From: an uncultured delta proteobacterium
GTDB lineage: Bacteria > Myxococcota_A > Polyangia > Polyangiales > Polyangiaceae
DNA length: 64,000 bases
NCBI GenBank assembly: GCA_963839305.1
Contig: CAWIUL010000011.1
Location: 2,505,561-2,569,560 of the forward strand
Direction: 5' to 3'
Shown: positions 30,550 to 42,562 of the stretch, in pieces
Position numbering within the stretch: position 1 is the first letter of the stretch
Layout: every line of letters begins with the position of its first letter
Made by a program: the position numbers and the translations under genes
Notes under the pieces: generated by a model
The model's database searches: none
What the model was told of the DNA's origin: nothing
Seen by the model: the letters and a program-made list of their open reading frames with translations, nothing else

Positions 30550-31026
30550 TCACAAGAACGATTTGATGCCCTGCCAGAGATACGAAAAGATGTTCTTTCC
30601 GTACTTGCGATTGTTGCACATCGTCCAGCCCTCGGTGTGCACCGTCTTCGGAGCGTCGTTGCTGAACTTCTGCGTGGGTTTGTAGTTCCACGTGCGGTCG
30701 GCCTTGCCGTGGCTGATGCCCCAGCTCGAGCTCGCGCCGTTCTGCGAGTCGCCGTCGGAGTTCGCGCCCGCGCCGTTGTTCGCCTCGCTCGGAACGTCGT
30801 AGTTGCCGGCGCTCTCGGACGACCCCTGCGGATCGCAGTTGTTCGACGCGTTGTTCCACGTCTGATAGCGCGCATCCATGAAGCTCTTGTACTTCGCCTC
30901 GTAGACACCACCGAGGTACACGGTCATCATCATCATCATCGCGAAGATTGGCGCGAGGATGCCGGCCTCGACCATCGCGACTCCACGCGACGATCGACGA
31001 GCCAAATATTTCATCGTGATGGTCAT
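30550..31026 (-). CDS. TadE-like Flp pilus assembly protein (pseudopilin)
   Basis: N-terminus MTITMKYLARRSSRGVAMVEAGILAPIFAMMMMM matches the TadE/TadG N-terminal domain (RG-AAVE-FAL-hydrophobic). Confidence 0.7.
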   Translation of the reverse strand: MTITMKYLARRSSRGVAMVEAGILAPIFAMMMMMTVYLGGVYEAKYKSFMDARYQTWNNASNNCDPQGSSESAGNYDVPSEANNGAGANSDGDSQNGASSSWGISHGKADRTWNYKPTQKFSNDAPKTVHTEGWTMCNNRKYGKNIFSYLWQGIKSFL

Positions 31027-31033
31027 CGGTGCC

Positions 31034-32678
31034 TCAGTGGATGACTTCGGGTAGCACCGAAGCCGGGTTGATCATGCCGCCCACTTGCCCGCCCACGAAG
31101 TCCTTCGTGGCCGAGTAGGCACCGTCGAGGTACGCGTTCGCTTGGAACGGACCGAGCGCCTTTTCGAATCGTCTGGAACAGACCGAGGTTCTGCACCCAC
31201 TTCTTCGCCATACTGTCGAAGCTGTCGTTGATGCTCGTGTTCCACGCCCAGTTGAGGAGGTCCTTGCCCCACGAGATGCCGTGGACGCGGCGGAGGCGCG
31301 TTCGCCAGTTCATGTTGTACGCGGCGTAGTTCTCCTCCGCGGAGCCGTTGCACTTCTCCTCGTTGGTCCACGCCTCGTCGCAGTCGTAATAGAACTCGGC
31401 CTGCGCCATGTAGACCTTGAAGCCGCCGCTGAGGATGTTGCTCAGCGAGAGGCCGCCGTCCGAGTTCTTCGACGCGTCCCACTTCATGCCCGCGACGGCG
31501 ACCTTGTTCTCGGCCTGCTCCGGACGGTTGCCGCCGTACGAGATGCCCCAGACCTGCATCCAGTCGTTGCCGTTCTCGGCGTAGCCAACGACCTCTTTCG
31601 GGCCCCACTTCGGATTTCCCGAGCCGTCCTTCGCTTGCCAGATCGAATCGCTGCCGTTCTTCACGTCGTACTTCGAGTAGTCCGGGCTCGGACCGCCCAA
31701 TTGCGCAACGTGCCAAGCGTCCGCCACGAGGCTATCCATCGGAGAGAAGAGGCCCTTCGACTCCTCGTTCGGATTGCAGTACGCGTCTTCCATCTTGTCG
31801 GCGATCGCGTTCGTCAACCACTTGATGAGCGTGCCGATGACGGGGATGTTGTCGAGGAAGCCCGTGACGCCGCCGATGACGGTCTTCGCCGCTTGGTAGC
31901 AGAGGCGACCCATGTCCCTCGTCTCGACGGGGAGGCCGAGGCGCGTGTCGCGACCGGTGTACGGCTTCTGACGATCTTCGTTGGACCACTCCTTCACCGG
32001 CGCGGGCATCTTGCTCGCGGGGAAGAGCGTGGCGCTCAAACCGAGGCCGTAGCGGTGCGCGCTCCAATCCTCGTAGCGATATCCGATGAGCACGCCGAGC
32101 GCGGCTCCGGCCCAAGGCGCCGCCTCCGCAACGAGCTTCTGCGAGTCGGACAAGAGAGGCAGCGTCTTGCCCATCATCTTGTCGTAGACGTCGAGCGCCT
32201 TGCCGAGCCCGTCGTGAAGGGGCTGCATGATCGTCGCGCCCTCTTCGAAGTCGATCGAGATGAGGATCTCGCCGATTCCCGATTCGGAGAGGAGCGCGCC
32301 AACGATGTCCTTGGCGCCGTCGTGACAGTCGACGGAGTCGAAGATATCCCAGGTGAGCGGGCAGTCGCTGTCGCCGTGACGCCCAGTGACGATGAGACCC
32401 AAATCGAGAATGTTGTAGAGGAACGCCATCGCGAGATACGCGGCGACGATGAGCAACATGACGATGTTGATGAAGGCGATGAAGTTCATCCCCTTCGCCT
32501 GAACGGCGGCGGACGTGTAGGTGATCGCGTCGGTCGCTTCTTGCGAGCGATCACGCCAAATCATGGCGTCGCCCAGACCGATCAGCATCCACATCCAGCC
32601 GATCATCATGCAGGCGAAGAAAATCCCCAGCACCATGATGGCGCCACGGTTGTCACGAAGTTGGCGTGTGAGAACCAT
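31034..32678 (-). CDS. TadG-like Flp pilus assembly protein, one +1 frameshift near 31160
   Basis: N-terminus RDNRGAIMVLGIFFACMMIGWMWMLIGLGD (TadG-like). The last ~45 codons read correctly in the adjacent frame (...IRKALGPFQANAYLDGAYSATKDFVGGQVGGMINPASVLPEVIH, stop TGA at 31034..31036) if one A is removed from the cgaAAAAgg run. The track ORF ends at 31023 in the wrong frame. Confidence 0.65.
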
Positions 32679-32684
32679 GTGCGC

Positions 32685-33176
32685 TTACTCCAACTTGTAT
32701 TCGGCGCCCTGGTGAGGGAACTGCGCCGTGACTTGGAACTCTTTCGTGCCCGCCGGACAGACGACGTTGCGCGCGAGGGGGATGTTGCACGTGTACGTGG
32801 CGTCGATGGTGACGGTGTCGGTCCCGCCGTTCGCGTCGCCCGCGTGCTTGCACTCCGGCTCGGTGATCTTGATCTCGTTGCCCCCGAGATCGCCACCGAA
32901 CGGTTTCATCGCCATGTGCGCGGCGGTTTTGACGTCTTCCTCTTTTCCGTCGACACCGTTTTCGAAGCCCGGCTCGGGCTCGATGATGACGGAGCACGCG
33001 CGGACGCTCACGGTCGCAGCGTGCAGAACGGCAAGACGCGAAATCTCGAGTCGGCCCAATTGGACCAACACGAGGAACATCGCGCAGATGGGCATGAAGG
33101 CAATCGCAAATTCGGCTAGCACCGCTCCGCGGATGTTCCGTCTGAGCGTTTCACCGTGCCTTCTTTTATTGCCCAT
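32685..33176 (-). CDS. TadE-like Flp pilus assembly protein (pseudopilin)
   Basis: ATG at 33176 (MGNKRRHGETLRRNIRGAVLAEFAIAFMPICAMFLVLVQLG), overlapping the cpaA stop (TAATG). Confidence 0.7.
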   Translation of the reverse strand: MGNKRRHGETLRRNIRGAVLAEFAIAFMPICAMFLVLVQLGRLEISRLAVLHAATVSVRACSVIIEPEPGFENGVDGKEEDVKTAAHMAMKPFGGDLGGNEIKITEPECKHAGDANGGTDTVTIDATYTCNIPLARNVVCPAGTKEFQVTAQFPHQGAEYKLE

Positions 33177-33718
33177 TAGCGCCTCCAGTGCAGATAGGCC
33201 GTAAGTGAAGTTCCCAAGAAGATGGCCGGACCGAAGCGAAACCATGTGAGAAGCGCCGGCTCGACCGGACGCCTCTTCCTCTTTGGTAGCAGCGGATTCA
33301 GGCCGAGCAACGCAGTGTTCTTCAACGTCCGAAAAAGCTTGCCCTCGTAAGCGAGAAACGCCGGAGCGATGAGGCCTGCAGCAAAGAAGGAATACATCTC
33401 TGCTTCGAGCCCGAGGCGCGGTTGCAACAACGCGCCAATTCCCGCGAGCAACTTCAGATCGCCTCCGCCAATCGCGTCCTGCCGATAAAGAATGGCGGGC
33501 ACGAAGGAACACAGAGCGGCACCGAGGAGGGAACTGCCTCCTTCCGTCACGACCGCGTCGTGCCCTGTCCTATGATTCACGAGCGCCAGCGCGATGTGCG
33601 CGACTGGCGCGAGGAGCAGGGAACCGAGGGTCAACCAGTTCGGGATCTCTCCAGTTCGGAAGTCCGTGGCGGCAGCGATCGCAGCGATGATCGCTGCCGC
33701 CGCGAGGAAGTAGATCAT
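33176..33718 (-). CDS. cpaA: Flp prepilin peptidase (CpaA/TadV, A24 aspartic peptidase)
   Basis: MIYFLAAAAIIAAIAAATDFRTGEIPNWLT with the first catalytic Asp in the TDFRTGEIPN context, and a second Asp region GGGDLKLLAG. 180 aa, all TM. Confidence 0.8.
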   Translation of the reverse strand: MIYFLAAAAIIAAIAAATDFRTGEIPNWLTLGSLLLAPVAHIALALVNHRTGHDAVVTEGGSSLLGAALCSFVPAILYRQDAIGGGDLKLLAGIGALLQPRLGLEAEMYSFFAAGLIAPAFLAYEGKLFRTLKNTALLGLNPLLPKRKRRPVEPALLTWFRFGPAIFLGTSLTAYLHWRR

Positions 33719-33760
33719 CCTTCCTCTTTTATCACGCGGAGAGAGACCGAACGCTTCAAA

Positions 33761-33940
33761 TCACTGGAATTGCTGGGCAGCCGACGTACCCGCCGTGCTG
33801 ACGCTCTTACCGACGCTCTTGTAGACGACCGCCGCGATGACGAGGATCAGGAAGAGGAGGATGGCGTACTCGACCATCGTCGCGCCCTTCTTGTCCTGAA
33901 TGAGCTTCGAAAACTTGCTGGACTTGATCATCTTGTTCAT
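33761..33940 (-). CDS. flp: Flp family type IVb pilin (59 aa, not in the ORF track)
   Basis: Translated by hand: MNKMIKSSKFSKLIQDKKG|ATMVEYAILLFLILVIAAVVYKSVGKSVSTAGTSAAQQFQ. Classic Flp motif G/xxxxEY plus hydrophobic helix. AGGAGAG Shine-Dalgarno 7 nt upstream. Confidence 0.8.
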   Translation of the reverse strand: MNKMIKSSKFSKLIQDKKGATMVEYAILLFLILVIAAVVYKSVGKSVSTAGTSAAQQFQ

Positions 33941-33955
33941 CGGGTCTCTCCTATT

Positions 33956-34165
33956 TCACGGTGTGCTGCTCAAAATCGATGATCGCGTGGTCTTGTAATA
34001 CTCGTACATCTGACGACCGCCCGCGATGAGGATTGGCGCTGTCGGCACCATGACGAACAGCAGAAGGAACGCGTATTCGACTTGGACAGCGCCGCGAGTG
34101 CGACGCTTCTTTGCGCCCTTCATCTCCATCCTCCTGCCTTCACCCTTATCCACGGTTCGTGCCAT
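33956..34165 (-). CDS. flp: Flp family type IVb pilin, second tandem copy
   Basis: ...KKRRTRG|AVQVEYAFLLLFVMVPTAPILIAGG. Start alternatives are ATG 34165 (GGGAG upstream), 34129 or 34123 (AGGAGG upstream). Confidence 0.7.
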   Translation of the reverse strand: MARTVDKGEGRRMEMKGAKKRRTRGAVQVEYAFLLLFVMVPTAPILIAGGRQMYEYYKTTRSSILSSTP

Positions 34166-34313
34166 GGTCGTGCTCCCTCTCGATCACGCGAAGTAGCTGA
34201 AAACGCGCGAGACGACTTCAGCGCACATCGTGTGCACCTGGATCATCCATGCATCACCATGGATCTGCGTTGATCCGGAGGCCCTCGGCGCGTGTGTAGG
34301 ATGTTGGTTCATT

Positions 34314-36346
<2,033 letters not shown>

Positions 36347-36399
36347 GGGCTCACCGTTCCGCGGCTGGCGCCGCGATGGGTCCGGTATAGTGCGATGCG

Positions 36400-36996
36400 A
36401 TGACCGAGAACGCGAGCGAAGATCCGGTGCGCGCGACGCGGCGCACGCTGCTCGACGGCGTCGGCGCGGAGGTCGCCGCGAGCTTTCCCGGGATCACGCG
36501 GCTCGGCGGGCAGATCGTGGCGGCTTTGTATCTGTCCGACGGTCCGCAATCGATGGACGCGCTGAGCGAGATGCTCGGTCGATCGAAGAGCAACATCTTC
36601 TCGAACCTGCGCGCGCTCGAGGCCGCGGGCATCGTCGAGAAGACGCGCACGCGCGGCTCGCGCCACGACGTCTTCGCGCTGCGCGGTCACTACCCCGACG
36701 TGATCATCGGCGCGTACCTCGCGAAGCTTCGCCGCGTCATCGTCGACAAGCAGGAGCTCTCGTCGCGCGCGATGGAGATGCTCGGCAACGCGCACGGCGC
36801 CGAGGCGGACGCGCTACGCAAGCGCATCGACGCGCTCGGCAAGAAATACGAGCGATTCGGGATCGTGTTCGAGGAGCTCATGCCCGCGACCGACGGGCCG
36901 ATCGATCTCGACGCGCTCCTGTCGCACGTGCCGACGCAAGCTCCTCAAGGCCATCGGCGCGCTGACTCGGCGCGCGCTCACGCTCGGTGGCGCTAA
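36400..36996 (+). CDS. MarR/GbsR-like winged-helix transcriptional regulator
   Basis: [47 protein letters not shown] is a wHTH recognition pattern. Confidence 0.55.
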   Translation: MTENASEDPVRATRRTLLDGVGAEVAASFPGITRLGGQIVAALYLSDGPQSMDALSEMLGRSKSNIFSNLRALEAAGIVEKTRTRGSRHDVFALRGHYPDVIIGAYLAKLRRVIVDKQELSSRAMEMLGNAHGAEADALRKRIDALGKKYERFGIVFEELMPATDGPIDLDALLSHVPTQAPQGHRRADSARAHARWR

Positions 36997-38084
36997 GCGG
37001 CGGTGATCTCGACGCGCAGGAGCTTGCGACCCATGAAGAGGTAGTCGCCGTGCGCGAGCTCGCGCTCTTCCTTGATGCGCAGGTACGTGCCGTTGCGGCT
37101 GTTGAGATCGGTGAGCGTCAGCTTGCCGCCCGACTCCTCGATCTTGCAGTGCGACGCGCTCATGTAGAGGTCGTTCGGGAAATTCAGGTCCCCGCCCTCG
37201 CGCCCGATTTGCAGCGTCGGCGTGCGCGCGAGCACTTCCATCCCCATGCCGCCACCCTGGAGGATTTGCGTGATGCGGAAGAGGAACTGGTGCTTCGGAG
37301 ACGTGTAGAAGTACGTGCCGTCGGCTGACGGGCCGTCGCCGATCTTCGGCGGAGCGTCGACCTGGAAGAGCTGCTCACCCGCGAGGACGTGATCGCCGGG
37401 CTCGATGTCGACCGCGCCGCGCACGCGGAGGTACACGCCGTTGAGCGAGCCCTCGTCACGCACGACGAGCTTGTTGTTTCGGTAGAAGAGGTTCGCGTGC
37501 TTCGGCGAGACGAACGGATCGTCCGGGAACACGAGCTGGCCGTTGCGGCCGACGATGTGCTGCTCCGCGTTCAGTTGGTACGAGAGGCCCTCGACGCCCT
37601 CGCCGCGGATGAGGATCAACTTCGCCTTGCCCGGGATCTGGAGCTGCCCGAAGAACTGCGTGCGCGCGTTCAAGATCTCGGGTGGAACCGCGGCGCCGCA
37701 ACGCCCGCAGAATTTGTGCCCCAGGGGCACCTGCGTCGAGCACGAGCGGCAAAGGTAGTTCTTCGCTTGTTCCATCAGCTCCTCCGGAGACAGGTCCGAT
37801 GCGGCTGGCGACGATACCGGAGGCTGCCCCGAAATCGCAATCGGCCCTTCACGTGGAGTCAGACGCCGCGGTTGGAGCGGTTGTTCGAACAAACCCATCG
37901 GGTTCTGCGGCGGCGGGGTGCCGATCGCTGGCCGGGGCTCGTCGGAGCGACGCGACTGAGGGACCGCCTTCTCGGCCTTGTCTTTGAACAAGGCGAGCTC
38001 GTTTCCGCACGCCGGGCAAATGCTCGTGCGAATCGGGCTGTACGTGTCGCAGCGGCCGCAGACGACGCCGATCTCGAGGTTCAT
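36993..38084 (-). CDS. Double zinc-ribbon plus tandem FHA domain protein
   Basis: CGRCDTYSPIRTSICPACG and CRSCSTQVPLGHKFCGRCG Zn-ribbons. Two FHA cores (HIVGRNGQLVFPDD...SPKHANL and LQIGREGGDLNFPNDLYMSASHCKI). Confidence 0.7.
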   Translation of the reverse strand: MNLEIGVVCGRCDTYSPIRTSICPACGNELALFKDKAEKAVPQSRRSDEPRPAIGTPPPQNPMGLFEQPLQPRRLTPREGPIAISGQPPVSSPAASDLSPEELMEQAKNYLCRSCSTQVPLGHKFCGRCGAAVPPEILNARTQFFGQLQIPGKAKLILIRGEGVEGLSYQLNAEQHIVGRNGQLVFPDDPFVSPKHANLFYRNNKLVVRDEGSLNGVYLRVRGAVDIEPGDHVLAGEQLFQVDAPPKIGDGPSADGTYFYTSPKHQFLFRITQILQGGGMGMEVLARTPTLQIGREGGDLNFPNDLYMSASHCKIEESGGKLTLTDLNSRNGTYLRIKEERELAHGDYLFMGRKLLRVEITAA

Positions 38085-38109
38085 GAACGTCGGAAGATTA
38101 CCACCTCGC

Positions 38110-39378
38110 TCACGCGGCGGGGACTTCGATCGAGACCTCGGCGCCGACCACCTTGCCGGCCTTCTCGACGTTGCGAATGCTCGCGCTTCCGCCGTGAGCC
38201 TCGACGACGCGCCGCACGATGGCGAGGCCGAGGCCCGTGGATTGGTGGCCCTTGGCGTGCGAGCGGGCGCCGTCGCCCCGCACGAACGGATCGAAGGCTT
38301 TTGCGAGGATGTCGGGCGGTAGACCCGCGCCCTCGTCGCGCACGGCGACGAGCGCTCGATCCCCGCGCGGCTCGACCGTGACGCGAATGTCGCCGGAGCC
38401 CGCGTGGTGGCGCGCGTTGTCGATGACGTTCGCGACGGCGCGCTCGAAGAGCTGCGGGTCGACGGCCGCGACGACGCTCTCGTCGCCAGAGACGATGATG
38501 CGCGCGCCCTCGGTGTCCGTGAACCGCTGACGGAGGAACGCGACGAGCGGCGTGGGCTGCTTGTGGAGATCGGACAGGCCCGCGCGCGTGATCGAGAGAA
38601 GATCGCCGAGGATCTGATCGATCTCGCCGATCGAGCGCTCCACCTTCTCGATCGCGGGGGCGGTCGCGCCCTGATCGCGCGCGAGCTCGAGGGCGACGCG
38701 CGCGCGACCGAGGGGCGATCGGAGCTCGTGGCTCACGGCCGCGAGGAGATCGCGTTGATCGCGCACCATGCGCTCGACGCGTGTCGCCATCGTGTCGAAG
38801 GCCTTCGCGACCTCGCGCACCTCGGGGCTCGCGTGCGGATCATCGCCGGCGCGCGTCGCGAGCTCTCCCTTGCCGAAGCGGTGCGCGGCCTCCGCGACGT
38901 GCTCGAGCGGACGCACGACGAGCGCCGAGATCGATCGCGCCGCGATCGCGAGGACGATGAGCGCGACGCACAGAAAGACCACCATCCGGAGCGCGCGCCC
39001 GGGCGGCATCTCGGCGGGAAACTCGAGCGCGCCGACGACGCGCCCATCGCGCACGATCGGGATGAAGCACTCGCGGTTGTCGAAGACGAGGCTCGTGCGG
39101 TGCGCGCGGACGTTCTGCGGGAGCGCGTCCACGTCGCGCCGCAGCTTGAGGTCCGTGCCCGTCGCGGTGCGCGTTCGCTCGATCGACGCCTGGACCGCTG
39201 CGGGATCGTCCCACTCCGCGGTGATCTCGGCGCCGAGCGCGCGCGACATCGTCCGGAGCGGGCCCGAGTCGACCTCCGACCGAAGGAGCATCCACGCCGT
39301 GGAGCTCGCCGCCATGCCCGCGACGATCGCCGCGATGAGCCAAGCGAACAGGCGCGTGCGAAGGCCCAACCGATTCAC
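38110..39378 (-). CDS. Sensor histidine kinase (periplasmic sensor, HAMP, HisKA, HATPase_c)
   Basis: H-box AAVSHELRSPL, N-box NVIDNARHH, G-boxes DEGAGLP and GLGLAIV. Two TM segments. Confidence 0.85.
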   Translation of the reverse strand: MNRLGLRTRLFAWLIAAIVAGMAASSTAWMLLRSEVDSGPLRTMSRALGAEITAEWDDPAAVQASIERTRTATGTDLKLRRDVDALPQNVRAHRTSLVFDNRECFIPIVRDGRVVGALEFPAEMPPGRALRMVVFLCVALIVLAIAARSISALVVRPLEHVAEAAHRFGKGELATRAGDDPHASPEVREVAKAFDTMATRVERMVRDQRDLLAAVSHELRSPLGRARVALELARDQGATAPAIEKVERSIGEIDQILGDLLSITRAGLSDLHKQPTPLVAFLRQRFTDTEGARIIVSGDESVVAAVDPQLFERAVANVIDNARHHAGSGDIRVTVEPRGDRALVAVRDEGAGLPPDILAKAFDPFVRGDGARSHAKGHQSTGLGLAIVRRVVEAHGGSASIRNVEKAGKVVGAEVSIEVPAA

Positions 39379-40076
39379 GACGGTCTCACGAGCACGTAGC
39401 CGACGCCGCGCACCGTGCGGATGCGCTTCGGATCGCGCGCGTCGTCCTGGAGCTTGCTTCGGAGGTGGCTGATGTGGACGTCGAGCGAGCGATCGACGCT
39501 CGGGTCGTACGCGCCGAAATCGAGCGCGTTCGCGAGCTCGCTTCGCTTGACGATGTTGCCCGCGCGGCGCGCGAGCTCGACGAGCAGGCGAAACTCGAAC
39601 GACGTGAGCGCGAGATCGCTCGTGCGCCCGACCGAGACCTTCTGCGCGGGGACGTCGATGACGAGATCGCCCACCACGATGCGCGAGGCGATCTCGCCGG
39701 ACGGAGGATTCGGCGCCGCCTTGGCGCGCCTCAGGACGGCGCGAAGGCGCGAGAGCAGCTCGCGCGGGTTGAAGGGCTTCGGCACGTAGTCGTCGGCGCC
39801 GAGGTCGAGCCCAGCGATGCGGTCCGTGTCGTCGCCGCGCGCCGTGAGCATGATGACGGGCACGTCGCTCGCGGCGCGGATGTGTTTACAAACTGCGAAC
39901 CCGTCCTCGCCGGGCAACATCACGTCGAGGAGGACAGCGTCGAAAGTGGCCTCGGCGAGCCGCTCGAGCCCTACCTTGCCGTCCCGTGCGACTTCCAGCT
40001 CCACTTCGTGTCCGGCGAAGTACTCTCGGAGTAGCTCCGCGAGCTCGGCGTCGTCGTCGACCAAGAGAATACGCAT
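39375..40076 (-). CDS. OmpR-family response regulator
   Basis: MRILLVDDD...LLDVMLPGEDG receiver domain. C-terminal winged helix (SFEFRLLVELARRAGNIVKRSEL..VRGVGYVL). 4-nt overlap with the kinase. Confidence 0.9.
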   Translation of the reverse strand: MRILLVDDDAELAELLREYFAGHEVELEVARDGKVGLERLAEATFDAVLLDVMLPGEDGFAVCKHIRAASDVPVIMLTARGDDTDRIAGLDLGADDYVPKPFNPRELLSRLRAVLRRAKAAPNPPSGEIASRIVVGDLVIDVPAQKVSVGRTSDLALTSFEFRLLVELARRAGNIVKRSELANALDFGAYDPSVDRSLDVHISHLRSKLQDDARDPKRIRTVRGVGYVLVRPS

Positions 40077-40120
40077 GACGACAAAAATGTACCTTTCCGA
40101 GCTGAGACGGGGGCCTCCCG

Positions 40121-41278
40121 ATGAAAAGTAATGTAAAGGCCGGGCTGGTGGACACGGATCTCGCGAGGTTGCGCGCTCGAGTGCTCGCGGCGCTCGGGCT
40201 CGGCGGAGCGCTCGTCGCGTGCAAGAGCTCGCCCGACGAGGGGCTCGTCATGGCGCCCATGGCGGAGTCGGCGCCCTCCGGGCTGGCGTTGGTCGTGGAC
40301 GCTGCCGCCGAGGCCTCGACCGCGCACCGACCGATGACGGAGCCGCATGCTCCCAGCGGGCAATCGTGCACGCGCGACGTCCACTGCGTCGACGCGCTCG
40401 CGCAGGCTCCGTCGTTTCCCTACGCCCAGCCTTACGAGAGATGCGATCCGTCGCCGCTCGGCGAGACCGGCCACTTCAGCGCCAACGAGACGAGCCAGCA
40501 CCGTAAGGACGACCCGAACACGTGCTGCTACGTGAGCTACGACGCGTGCGCGCGCCACGCGCAGATCCGACGGCCCAACGTGGTCATACGCGGGCGGCCG
40601 CTCCGCGACGTGCTCGGCGACGCGGTCCTCGCCGAGTCGATCCCCTCGAAGGGCTGGGGGCGCGCGGCGGAAGGCGCGCCGAACCCTGGCGAGGTCGCGT
40701 TCTGGCTCGAGAGCGCCACGGCCGAGCACGCTTCGGTCGCGGAGTTCGCGCGGATCTCGCTCGCGCTCCTCGCGCTCGGCGCCCCAGCGGAGCTCGTCGC
40801 CGACGTGCACCGCGCGGCGCTCGACGAGGTCGATCACGCGTCGAGGTGCTTCTCGATCGCGTCGCGCTTCGCGGGGCGCGATCTCGGACCGGGTCCGCTC
40901 GACGTGTCGCGCGCGCTGGCGACTGCGAGCGCGTCGCTCGAGGAGCTCGTCGAGCACACCGTGCGCGACGGGTGCATCGGCGAGGGCGCGGCGGCGATCG
41001 AGCTCCAGACGATCGCGCGCGAATACGCCGGCGAGCCCTTCGCGCAAGACGTGGCGAAAATGGGCGACGACGAGGCGAGGCACGCCGAGCTCGCTTGGAG
41101 GATCGTCGCGTTCGCGTTCGCCAAGGACGAGAGCGCGACGCTTCGCGCGGCCTTCGCCGGTCTCGCTCCGAAGAACGCCCTCGAGGCGCGCGTCTGCGAA
41201 GAGCTCGTGCGCCCGCTCCTCAACGAGCTCGTGACGCGGAGACCGCCGCGCGAAGGTGATTCCGCGCGCGGAGCGTGA
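40121..41278 (+). CDS. Lipoprotein with C-terminal ferritin-like (diiron-type) domain
   Basis: Lipobox GALVAC. Paired E..H motifs (ESATAEHASVAEF, DEVDHASR, DDEARHAELAWR). Confidence 0.5.
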   Translation: MKSNVKAGLVDTDLARLRARVLAALGLGGALVACKSSPDEGLVMAPMAESAPSGLALVVDAAAEASTAHRPMTEPHAPSGQSCTRDVHCVDALAQAPSFPYAQPYERCDPSPLGETGHFSANETSQHRKDDPNTCCYVSYDACARHAQIRRPNVVIRGRPLRDVLGDAVLAESIPSKGWGRAAEGAPNPGEVAFWLESATAEHASVAEFARISLALLALGAPAELVADVHRAALDEVDHASRCFSIASRFAGRDLGPGPLDVSRALATASASLEELVEHTVRDGCIGEGAAAIELQTIAREYAGEPFAQDVAKMGDDEARHAELAWRIVAFAFAKDESATLRAAFAGLAPKNALEARVCEELVRPLLNELVTRRPPREGDSARGA

Positions 41279-42173
41279 GCGGCCCGTCGGGGTGAAGGCG
41301 GAGCCACTCCTCGAACGCGCGCGCCGAGTCGTCGAATTTCGCGGCGCGGTAGAGTGCGACGCCGCGCGCGTACGACTCCGGGTACGACGCGTCGAGCCGT
41401 GAGAGCTTCTCGATCTTGTCGAGGCGCCACTGCTCGATCGCGATCTGCTCGCCGGCGTCGAGGGCGTCGCAGTCGGCCTTCGTGCGCGCGTTCTTGCGCG
41501 CGGCCGCTATCGTCTCTCGCGCGCCCTCGGAGGGGTGCGGGTAGAGGAGATAAAACGTGTAGAGCGCACGCAATTCGTCGAGCGTGGGCTGGAACGCCGG
41601 TTTGTCCTCGAAGCGCGCGACCGCGTTCCATTTCAGCTTGAACGCGACGCGGAGCTCGCGGTCGCCGAGCGCGAGGGCGCTGCCCGTGACGTAGCCCGAA
41701 ATCGTCATGCGGCGGATGAACGCGCCGCCCACCGCCGCGAGCTCTTCGCTCTCCTTGCCGGTCTTGCGCCACGCGCGCACTTCGTCGAGGAATCGAACGA
41801 GCTGCGCGGCTCGCAGGTCGAGCAGCGCCTCTTCGCCGCCCTTCTCGAGCGCGAGGCGCCGCGCGTCGTCGACGCTCGCGCGGAGCTCGGGCCACGGCGC
41901 CCGGGGCGGGTCCTTCCACTCCGTGGTGTTGAACGCGCGCACCGCGTCGCCGAGGGCGCGCACCTCCGCGGGCAAGCCTGTGGCCGCGTGGGCCGCGCGC
42001 GCGTCGTCGGCGCGCTCGGTCGTGACGAGACGCCTCATGTCGAGGTCGGGGAGCGGCACGTCCGCCGGCGCTGCGTCGTGCGGAAAGAGGAGCGCGGCGA
42101 GGATTACACCGATGAGCGCGGGGATCAGCGCGAGCAGGCGCCCGTCGTTCTTCTTCTCCACGACATCCATCAT
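41220..42173 (-). CDS. Hypothetical membrane-anchored protein
   Basis: MMDVVEKKNDGRLLALIPALIGVILAALLF N-terminal anchor. Helical soluble domain. Confidence 0.45.
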   Translation of the reverse strand: MMDVVEKKNDGRLLALIPALIGVILAALLFPHDAAPADVPLPDLDMRRLVTTERADDARAAHAATGLPAEVRALGDAVRAFNTTEWKDPPRAPWPELRASVDDARRLALEKGGEEALLDLRAAQLVRFLDEVRAWRKTGKESEELAAVGGAFIRRMTISGYVTGSALALGDRELRVAFKLKWNAVARFEDKPAFQPTLDELRALYTFYLLYPHPSEGARETIAAARKNARTKADCDALDAGEQIAIEQWRLDKIEKLSRLDASYPESYARGVALYRAAKFDDSARAFEEWLRLHPDGPLTLRARNHLRAAVSASRAR

Positions 42174-42211
42174 CTCGCGTCCCGCGCACGGTTGCGAACG
42201 ATTCTCGTTCC

Positions 42212-42547
42212 GTGTACCCATGCGCTGTGGATCTGCGGCGACATCATCGCGTTCCGTTCACCGAGCCCGTGGTCTTTTCGCGCAAGGGCGCGAGCGAAAA
42301 CCTCGCCGGTCAGAGCACCGACATCTCGCTCGGCGGCATGTACATCGAGACGAAGACGCCCGAGCCCTTCGGCGCCGACGTCGTGGTGCACGTGCACGTC
42401 CCCGGCGAGCCCTCCGCCTTCACGCTCCCCGCGAAGGTGCGATGGACGAGCAACGACGGCATGGGGCTTCAGTTCGGCCTGCTCGGCGCGCGCGAGACGC
42501 ACGCGATCACCGAGCTCATCGCCCAGCACGAAGACGACACCGAATAG
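42212..42547 (+). CDS. PilZ domain protein
   Basis: RRHHRVPF ... DISLGGMYI match the PilZ RxxxR / DxSxxG c-di-GMP binding motifs. Confidence 0.65.
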   Translation: MYPCAVDLRRHHRVPFTEPVVFSRKGASENLAGQSTDISLGGMYIETKTPEPFGADVVVHVHVPGEPSAFTLPAKVRWTSNDGMGLQFGLLGARETHAITELIAQHEDDTE

Positions 42548-42562
42548 AGTCGCGCGCGCGGC

